Shown: positions 25,431 through 31,729 of the stretch, piece after piece
How positions within the stretch are numbered: the first letter of the stretch is position 1
Layout of the letters: every line of letters begins with the position of its first letter
DNA from: Candidatus Calditenuaceae archaeon HR02
GTDB taxonomy: Archaea > Thermoproteota > Nitrososphaeria_A > Caldarchaeales > Calditenuaceae
DNA: 32,000 nt
Assembly: GCA_002898395.1 (NCBI GenBank)
Contig: BEHE01000006.1
Span: 61,122 to 93,121 of the forward strand
Direction of reading: 5' to 3'
Notes under the pieces: model-generated
The model's database searches: none
What the model saw: the letters and a program-made list of their open reading frames with translations, nothing else
Told to the model about the DNA's origin: nothing
Program-made: the position numbers and the translations under genes

Positions 25431-25922
25431 CTTTTAGATAGGATAGATTTAATGCTTGAGAGAAAAGATGCATTGGGTGTAATAACTTATGATTATGAGG
25501 GAAAGAAAGACGCCTTGTATAGAGGACTGCTGGACGAGTTGAGGGAGGAAGGTTCACTCATGTGGCCTGATATGAGAAGGCGCAAGAGAAGGAATATCGT
25601 GGATACGATTCACTTTCTCCAAAATCACCTTTCGTACGGTCTTCAATTAGCGGGCATAGTAATCTATCAACTTAGAGGAAAATACGAATCCCCAAATAAA
25701 GTGGGGATTTCCTTGTCTCTAATTGAGAAAATATTTGACAAAACCCAGAAACAGGTAGTTATATAACGTGGGGCCTTAAAGTGTTACCATCTATGGATTG
25801 AGGAGCGGCTGGGAGAGGACGTCGTTACGAACACCTATCTTGGTCGCTATGGGCGGTCCACCAGTCGCAACTATTAATATGTAGAGTTAATATTTAGCCT
25901 CAGCGAGGCAATAGGGAGAGGG

Positions 25923-26324
25923 CTATAATATTTCGCTTATGCTAGTTACCTTAATCATTTTTCTCGCTTTATCCCTTAATTCAGCATCTTCTGTTACTAG
26001 GGCTAAGCCATTATCTTTAGCCAAGACTACATAGGATGCGTCATAGGCTGTAATCCCTAATTTACCTGCTGTTTCTAGGATCTCATGTTCGTGAGAATGA
26101 GGACTTAGCACGTTCACAACATCTATAATGTCTCTTAGCACATCAACGATTTTGCGTGCCTCCTCAGCGTTAATGCTACCTATCAAGAACGCCTCCTTCC
26201 ATATTGCATTAACCACTTCGTAGATCGTTAACCAGTGGATGTAGTTGTTATTAAGGGGCTTTAGCTTCCTAAGCTTTAACAAAAGTAGTAATGATGATGC
26301 GTCAAAAAGAAGAACATCCCCCAA
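25923..26324 (-). CDS. vapC: PIN-domain ribonuclease toxin
   Basis: LLFDASSLLLLL (first acidic residue), ITAYDASYVVLA, LVTEDAELRDKA. 133 aa. It lies 7 nt downstream of a small antitoxin-like gene. Confidence 0.85.
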   Translation of the reverse strand: MGDVLLFDASSLLLLLKLRKLKPLNNNYIHWLTIYEVVNAIWKEAFLIGSINAEEARKIVDVLRDIIDVVNVLSPHSHEHEILETAGKLGITAYDASYVVLAKDNGLALVTEDAELRDKARKMIKVTSISEIL

Positions 26325-26331
26325 TCAATAG

Positions 26332-26562
26332 TCACCTAGATTTCCTGTCCTCCCGAATCATTTGGGTTATTCTATTAATGTCGAGCTTATCGAGAGCGAT
26401 GCCGAGATTCTCAAGCTTCTTCTCTAGCTCCTCAAGCTTACGTCTCCTAACTTCCTCTTCTAGCGCATGCCTAAGCACCTCAGAGACCTTTACACCGAGC
26501 CGCTGCGCCTCTTCTTTCAACTTTTTCTGGACTTTTGTGGAAATAGTTACGTACTTAACCAA
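26332..26562 (-). CDS. vapB: VapB-type antitoxin (RHH/CopG-like N-terminus plus coiled tail)
   Basis: 76 aa with TTG start. VTISTKVQKKLKEEAQRLGVKVSEVLRHALEEE fits a beta-strand/helix-helix DNA-binding fold. It sits directly upstream of vapC. Confidence 0.65.
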   Translation of the reverse strand: MVKYVTISTKVQKKLKEEAQRLGVKVSEVLRHALEEEVRRRKLEELEKKLENLGIALDKLDINRITQMIREDRKSR

Positions 26563-26628
26563 GCCGGCGCCCTATTTGGTAGTAATAGTATGTAGTAAAT
26601 AAAGGTTTACACGGGCTAATTGATGGTG

Positions 26629-26705
26629 CCCGGGTAAGCGTCTCTAACCACCCCCGCTTTTTACCGCATGATAGTAGATTGCGAATAGGTTTAGGTTCTT
26701 TATTC
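26629..26705. repeat. Left copy of an ~80-nt inverted repeat (partner at 30246..30334)
   Basis: The reverse complement GAATAAAGAACCTAAACCT-ATTCGCAATCTACTATCATGCGGTAAAAAGCGGGGGTGGTTAGAGACGCTTACCCGGG aligns with 30246-30334. By manual count, 18 of 19 and 45 of 58 aligned positions are identical. The partner carries a 12-nt insertion. Confidence 0.65.
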
Positions 26706-26921
26706 TTTGCGTGTGGTTCCTCGCGCTTAATTTGCTGTGGAATACCTCTGTCCTCTCTTTAGGTACCTGAAGAACCTCTCGACTCTATTCCTCATCCCGA
26801 GTCTCTGGTGCTCGTACTCCAGTCCTAGCCTCTCCAATGCCCATATATACCGAGAACCCCTAATCCACTATTATCTTAGGCCTGTTCAGGCATTTTCCTA
26901 TTCCTAGTCCTTCTTTAGGAA

Positions 26922-27345
26922 GATGCCTTGTGGCTTAATTCTCTAGCTCGATGCCCTCTTCTCCTGCTGGTGGTACTTTGTCTTGGTTTTATACCGCGTT
27001 CAGTAGGAGGTTGTATATGTATGCCTTCTGTACCATCTCTACCTTCATCCATCTTTGGCTTATTGGATAGTACTTCCTCCCCGAATATGGATTTGAATAC
27101 AGATATTGCAGTTTCTGCCACCGAGATGAGAGAAAGAAAAAATAGGGGGAGGGTTTTCGTTTGCTTCTCCCGTTTTCCGAGCTCATCCCTCTTCACTGGC
27201 GCTTTCCTCGCTTCGCCAGCAACCTCCTCCTTCTGCGAGCCCTTCCAGACCTGTCCCTTAGGCAGGGGAAATACCCGATCCCCTGTCGCCCGGTTGGGTC
27301 TCACGGACCGGGCGAGCCTGGCTCTACGGCACGTCCTCGGAGGAA
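26922..27345 (-). mobile_element. IS5-family-like element, right end plus C-terminal third of the transposase (frameshifted)
   Basis: Terminal 20-mer GATGCCTTGTGGCTTAATTC at 26922-26941 matches the 24604 end at 19 of 20 positions, oriented as an inverted right end of a minus-strand copy. Minus-strand frames give LPPRTCRRARLARSVR..., SSRW / VAETAISVFKSIFGEEVLS (the E-containing DDE box) and the ISQRWMKVEMVQKAYIYNLLLNAV-stop tail. Confidence 0.5.
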
Positions 27346-27544
27346 GGTTCATTAATACCCTCTCCCAGGTCTCCTCGGCCATGCCTTGGGTCCGGGGAGG
27401 TGCGGGGAGAGGTTACCTCCCCTCCCTCCTCCGAAACCCCAGGCCCTGGCTCGGGGGTCTGGGAGAGAGTTTTTGTCAGCGCCGGCGTCAGCGCGTCGAC
27501 AGCCTCCTTGTATGCCTTGATACTCCTTCCGAGGTAAGTGTCTA

Positions 27545-28227
27545 GGTAGTGGAATCCGAGCATCACCAACGCGCTCTTCGCGAGGTTCCACACGGCAACG
27601 TGATCCCTGTCGTCGTTGTAACCGCATTTAGGGCACTGGAGCCTGTTCCATTTTCCCCTTCGTACCCCATCAGCGTCAGGAACTTAATGCATATCGAGCT
27701 GGTGTAGTTCGGCGGGACCACCAGAAGTTTCCGGCCCTCTCCGCGACTGCCCTGGTCCTCCTCAGGATCTTCGCGACTGGCCAGGTGTTGAAGATGTAAG
27801 CCTTCTCCGGATCCTTTGACCTAAGTTTTTCCCTGAGCCGCTCAGGATCTAGGTCCTCTATCACGACCGCGTGGCCCCTAGCCATGAACCTCTTAACCAG
27901 CGCGACTGATTTGTTGACCCAGTCGTTGTCAAGGTTCTTGGCGTACCTTAGCCACGACGTGGCTGGTCTTCCATACACTTTCATCGACCTCCTGTTAACC
28001 TTTCTCACGAAGAGGAGCTTGCCCGTGCTCCTCCACATCCTCCTAGTCCTCATCAAGTGGAGCAGCAGTCTCACCTCGAATAGCGCGACGATAACGTCGT
28101 CAACGTTGACGTCCACGACCGTCAGAACCAGCAGCCCTTTCCTCGCGTACTTCCGCAGCAACCTCGTCCTCAGATCGGCCCCGGAACCCGTCGATTCTCC
28201 TCGATAGTGCGAACTCTTTTCGGACAA
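27545..28227 (-). pseudogene. tnpB: TnpB (IS200/IS605 OrfB) remnant, N-terminally truncated and frameshifted
   Basis: Tracked ORF 27676..28227 contains LTVVDVNVDD (RuvC-I region), WLRYAKNLDNDWVNKSVALVKRFMARGHAVVIEDL (RuvC-II Glu). Shifted frames give VVPPNYTSSIC and KWNRLQCPKCGYNDDRDHVAVWNLAKSA (zinc finger plus RuvC-III). No tnpA is present. Confidence 0.65.
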
Positions 28228-28342
28228 ATTGGGTCACTTTGCGGCGCCGACAACCCCGCCGTCCGCAACCCTCCCTTATATCGTCTTCAATATGTACCCT
28301 ACTCTCTCGCTTAAGTAAAGCCTCCGGAACGCGTTCTAAGGT

Positions 28343-29005
28343 ATGGGAAGGGCCGGGAGGCCCCTTCAGACAGACGTGGACCCGCTCCGGGAGCTGGAGA
28401 GGTCCGTGAGGGCCGAGGGTAGTCATCTAGTGGTTGGCCACGAGATCCTCTTAAAGGAGAGTTTCAGGGTGCTGAGGTTGAAGCAGATAACCGAGAGGTT
28501 CCCATCCCTCCTAGTGAGGTTCCGCTCGGACCATAACCCGTGGATCGAGGATGCATCGCTGCTCCTGAGGAAGGAGATAGTCCTACTGACCGTGAGGGTT
28601 AGGGCTAGTGCCTCGGTCCTTGTTGAAGCGAAGGACGTCTCCCTCGAACTCATGATGATGCTGAGCAGGCGCGGCTTCCTGCCCAGCTGGTGGAACGAAA
28701 ATGCGGTGACGCTCAAACTGAGTGCAAAAGGAAGGGAGCGGATCGGAGATCTGGTGTTGGCTGTGAGGAAAGCCCTTCGCGGCTTGCTGAAGAGGGCCGA
28801 GATGTGCAAGAAGGAGCTGGAACGCAAGGTGGACGGGCTTGTGAGGAACGTGATGGGTCTTGACGGCGCCAGGCTCGTGACCGTTCGGACGGCTTCGTTG
28901 GTCGTGGAGATGCTCCTCTCGAGCGTCTATCCGGAGATTGTGGCTTACCTAGTCTTTGCGGTGGAGCCGAAATACGAGAAGGCGCATATGCGACGCAGTC
29001 CTTGA
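28343..29005 (+). CDS. Hypothetical protein (no recognisable family)
   Basis: Tracked ORF with GC-rich, host-like composition. GTG 28430 (MVGHEILLKESFRV...) is a plausible alternative start that avoids overlap with the TnpB debris. The 3' end overlaps the next ORF by 50 nt in a different frame. Confidence 0.35.
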   Translation: MGRAGRPLQTDVDPLRELERSVRAEGSHLVVGHEILLKESFRVLRLKQITERFPSLLVRFRSDHNPWIEDASLLLRKEIVLLTVRVRASASVLVEAKDVSLELMMMLSRRGFLPSWWNENAVTLKLSAKGRERIGDLVLAVRKALRGLLKRAEMCKKELERKVDGLVRNVMGLDGARLVTVRTASLVVEMLLSSVYPEIVAYLVFAVEPKYEKAHMRRSP

Positions 29006-29561
29006 TAGACTGGGAATTAGTGACGCGGTATTAGCGAGGGTAATGCACGACGCCTGGACCTTCGGCCTGATCAGGATGTCGCAACAGGGAATAGTCCTGA
29101 CGCATCTCGGCAGGACGCTCCAGTCGCTACTACAGAGTCTTTTGGAGTCCAGGACGCCCGTGCCGGAGTCCACGGATCAGATCTGGATGTACATGATACA
29201 TAACGTCGTTTGCTATGCCATCCTGAAGTTTCCGAAAAAGCTCTCTAAGATCAGCCAGAGGATGAGGGATAACCCGCAGGGCCTAGAGAGGGTCAAGAGG
29301 ATGGTGGAGGAGAACGTGACGTTCGCCGACATACTTGCCTGCTTCACTGTCTACATCGGGTTAGAACTTCCGGAATGGCTGAGGGAAGAGACGCTGTCGA
29401 AGCTGGAGGACCTCGGGATGATGTCGTGGAGGGGGAAGATCAGGCCCTTCGGGAAGGCGCTCGCTATGTGCTTCCTCGACTACCTCAAGGACTCAAGTAT
29501 AATAAACGAGGACAGGATGCCCACGCTGTCGGAGTGGTCGAGAATGCTTGGTCTGAGCTGA
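28956..29561 (+). CDS. Hypothetical protein with winged-helix-like segments
   Basis: AVLDRLGISDAVLARVMHDAWTFGLIRMSQQGIVLTHLGRTL and LSKLEDLGMMSWRGKIRPFGKAL look like wHTH recognition-helix/wing units. The start is uncertain (TTG 28956 or ATG 29043). It may be the frameshifted continuation of 28343..29005. Confidence 0.4.
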   Translation: MRWSRNTRRRICDAVLDRLGISDAVLARVMHDAWTFGLIRMSQQGIVLTHLGRTLQSLLQSLLESRTPVPESTDQIWMYMIHNVVCYAILKFPKKLSKISQRMRDNPQGLERVKRMVEENVTFADILACFTVYIGLELPEWLREETLSKLEDLGMMSWRGKIRPFGKALAMCFLDYLKDSSIINEDRMPTLSEWSRMLGLS

Positions 29562-30245
29562 GCAATATTTTTCGACATGCGTAATCCAATCGCTCATCTT
29601 GCAATAGTGTACTAACCTCAAGTTTTTCAGATTGACGGAAAGCCTTGAAGGTCGAGGGATTATAATACGACGTTTTCAGGAAGAGGAAGAGCTCTAGGCT
29701 CATGCCTGCATAGATTGCAATCTAACGTCGAATACAACCATAGGCCCGTGTGGCTAACACGACTCCACGAGGCTCATGGATCTGGTCTACAGGCTATGAT
29801 AAGCTCGGCCTCAGAAGGGATTAATATCTTCTAATGCACATGTTGATAGTATTCGGATAAGGGGTGTATTTAAAGGCCAGGATGTAGTGGCTGTTTGTAT
29901 GGATGTTGTTGCGTTGGTCTCCAGCTGTTTTAGGCGTAATAAAAAAGGCCGCGAAGTTAAGATGCTTGCCGTCATAGATTACATGTTCCACGGCAGCTTT
30001 AGGAGGGGCCTCTAAGATACCTAGCATAGCTGTTGAGCCCATAAGCAAGTCTACTGTACACGAGCCGGCTGAGAAGGCATCCTCTATAGTAGCAATTGCC
30101 TCCTAGATAAATCTTGAACAAGCCAAAAACCATAGTTAATGAGGCCCCTGGTATAGGTGGGCACTAGAGACTAAGATTAGAGTAAGAGTACGAGAGGCTC
30201 GGTATGAGAAGTAGAACCATATAAGTGTGAGGAATTACAAGCAGG

Positions 30246-30334
30246 GAATAGAGAACCTAAACCTCTTCCCGAACCTATTCGCCATGTACTATCACGCGAT
30301 GAGGAGTGGGGGCGGGTAGAGATGCTTATCTGGG
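30246..30334. repeat. Right copy of the ~80-nt inverted repeat (partner at 26629..26705)
   Basis: GAATAGAGAACCTAAACCT[CTTCCCGAACCT]ATTCGCCATGTACTATCACGCGATGAGGAGTGGGGGCGGGTAGAGATGCTTATCTGGG. See 26629..26705. It ends 60 nt upstream of the 5S rRNA gene. Confidence 0.65.
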
Positions 30335-30362
30335 ACTTATCCCCAGCGGTAGGTGGAAGGGC

Positions 30363-30370
30363 TTAAATAA
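30363..30370 (+). promoter_or_regulatory. TATA box of the 5S rRNA gene
   Basis: TTAAATAA is centred ~27 nt upstream of the predicted 5S 5' end (30394). Confidence 0.55.
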
Positions 30371-30393
30371 CGGTCTAGAGATGCCATCATCCG

Positions 30394-30522
30394 AGGCCGT
30401 TGCCGGTCATAGGGTAGGGGAAACACCCGGTCCCATTCCGAACCCGGAAGTTAAGCCCTACCCGCCCGGCGAGTAGTGCTTTGCGGGAGCGGGCGCGAAA
30501 GCCGGGTGCTGGCAACGGCCTC
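30394..30522 (+). rRNA. 5S ribosomal RNA (unlinked from 16S/23S)
   Basis: Helix I: GAGGCCGTTGCC (30394-30405) pairs perfectly with GGCAACGGCCTC (30511-30522). The conserved core is ACACCCGGTCCCATTCCGAACCCGGAAGTTAAGCC. Confidence 0.9.
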
Positions 30523-30650
30523 CTCATCAGCCCAGTGGCTTTGGAGGCCGGTGATTGATACTAAAGTTACCATATGGTATGGTAGAACCATTTTGAGAAG
30601 AAAGACTAATAAGGATAGCCGTAAGACTGATTGTTTGATTGAGTAACCGT

Positions 30651-30750
30651 GCCGGGGTGCCCTAGCCCGGTAGGGGGGCGGACTAGTATGGCCCAAACTG
30701 CTAATCTGCTGGGCGACGAGCCCGCGAGGGTTCAAATCTCTCCCCAGGGC
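30651..30750 (+). tRNA. tRNA-Ser(GCU), class II, with a non-canonical 15-nt intron and an imperfect acceptor stem (possibly a pseudo-tRNA)
   Basis: Structure: GCCGGGG-TG-CCC-TAGCCCGGTA-GGG. The anticodon stem is GCGGA (30678-30682) / TCTGC (30705-30709). The loop is CTGCTAA with GCT at 30700-30702. A 15-nt insert (30683-30697) lies between the 5' stem strand and the loop. The variable arm is GGGC-GACGA-GCCC and the T arm is GAGGG-TTCAAAT-CTCTC. The 3' acceptor strand reads CCCAGGG(C) instead of CCCCGGC. Confidence 0.65.
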
Positions 30751-30855
30751 TCGTATCTATATTTCTAGATTGGTGAGGGGTGTTGGTTTGATTATAGGTA
30801 AGTGGAAAAATGAAGGGGGGAGGAAAAGAGAGGGGGGTTGGTATTAGTCCTCTTC

Positions 30856-31728
30856 TCATGAGATATCTTCTAGCCTTCTCCTCTTTCTATCAATGGTGAA
30901 GCCGACATTCTCGTAGAACCTCTTATTAAAGCTCATGCGTATCATGACGTAATATTTGTCTTTCCTTCTTTTGTATAGTTTACCTGTATTCGGAGCTCTC
31001 AACGGTGTACCAGCTTGTAGCTGTAGTTTTGGCTCGTCTGAAGTCGTCTCAATACCAATCTTCTTCAGGAGATATATCACATATTTGAGTAACGCATGGT
31101 CGGTATTATACACGATTATGGTGCCGTCTTTATGGACGCTTGCCTCGCTATCAAAGAATCCTCTCAGAAACATTGTGATGCATCGCTCGCAGTATTCAAT
31201 GTATGGTATGATCTTATCGATGCCGATTGGATTCTTGAGCAGTTCATAGAGAGTCCTAGACTGAACTAGTACGACCCATCTACCATATTTATTTAGCCTT
31301 GGATTCAGTGGTTCTCTTCCCAGGACATTCGCCACCCTCCTGCCTAATTCTTCGTCGAACTCTCTGTCCTTAACCTCTAACACTATGTAGCATTCCCTGT
31401 ATCCACACCGTGGCTTGCTTCTCTGATAAGCATATCCATCACCAGCCACCACTCCAATGACATATGCCAGGTCTTCTGATGGCTTCAGGAATTCTATCGA
31501 CGGTATCCTTATACCATTGCATACGCTATGTATTCATCTGCACCAGAAGCTACAGTGAGACTCACTGATAATAACACTATATCTTAGCTTTATCTCATTG
31601 ATTATCTCCCTATATGATAGTCCTTTTCCTCGAAACTCTAAGACATCCTCATAGATCCTTATCCTCAGCTCTCTGGGACGATAACTTCCCCTTCTCTTCC
31701 CCACTATTTCCTCGCCCCTACCACTCAT
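30856..31728 (-). pseudogene. HTH + double-motif LAGLIDADG homing-endonuclease-like gene, interrupted by one in-frame TGA (31534..31536)
   Basis: Tracked ORFs 31534..31728 (MSGRGEEIVGKRRGSYRPRELRIRIYEDVLEFRGKGLSYREIINEI...) and 30856..31452 are in the same frame. The sequence between them reads ...SFWCR-TGA-IHSVCNGIRIPSIEFLKPSEDLAYVIGVVAGDGYAY... The two motifs are LAYVIGVVAGDGYA and FLRGFFDSEASV. The composition is AT-rich. Confidence 0.7.
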
Positions 31729-31729
31729 T

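Noticed and set aside
26915-27627. Long overlapping ORFs on both strands (26915..27382 -, 26928..27545 +, 27352..27627 -) as independent genes.
   Set aside because: They are alternative frames across IS5-like and TnpB debris. Only short stretches match transposase motifs and the rest is low-complexity.
29821-30106. Minus-strand open frame ...EAIATIEDAFSAGSCTVDLLMGSTAMLGILEAPPKAAVEHV... (tracked as 29821..30048).
   Set aside because: There is no credible start codon and no recognisable motif. It is probably a fragment of a disrupted gene, so it was not called.
30551-30630. A C/D-box sRNA between 5S and tRNA-Ser (GTGATTGA ... CTGA). Similar half-matches occur at 2888-2960 and 6525-6628.
   Set aside because: The C boxes are imperfect, there are no internal D'/C' boxes or terminal stem, and the spacing is wrong (75-100 nt).
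30451-30735. ORF 30451..30735 (-), 94 aa.
   Set aside because: It overlaps the 5S rRNA gene and tRNA-Ser on the opposite strand, so it is an artefact of structured GC-rich RNA genes.
30651-31728. The LAGLIDADG gene as an intron-encoded ORF of the tRNA.
   Set aside because: The ORF is on the opposite strand. At the other locus, tRNA-Leu is complete, with a fully paired acceptor stem and a T-run terminator, before the cassette begins.
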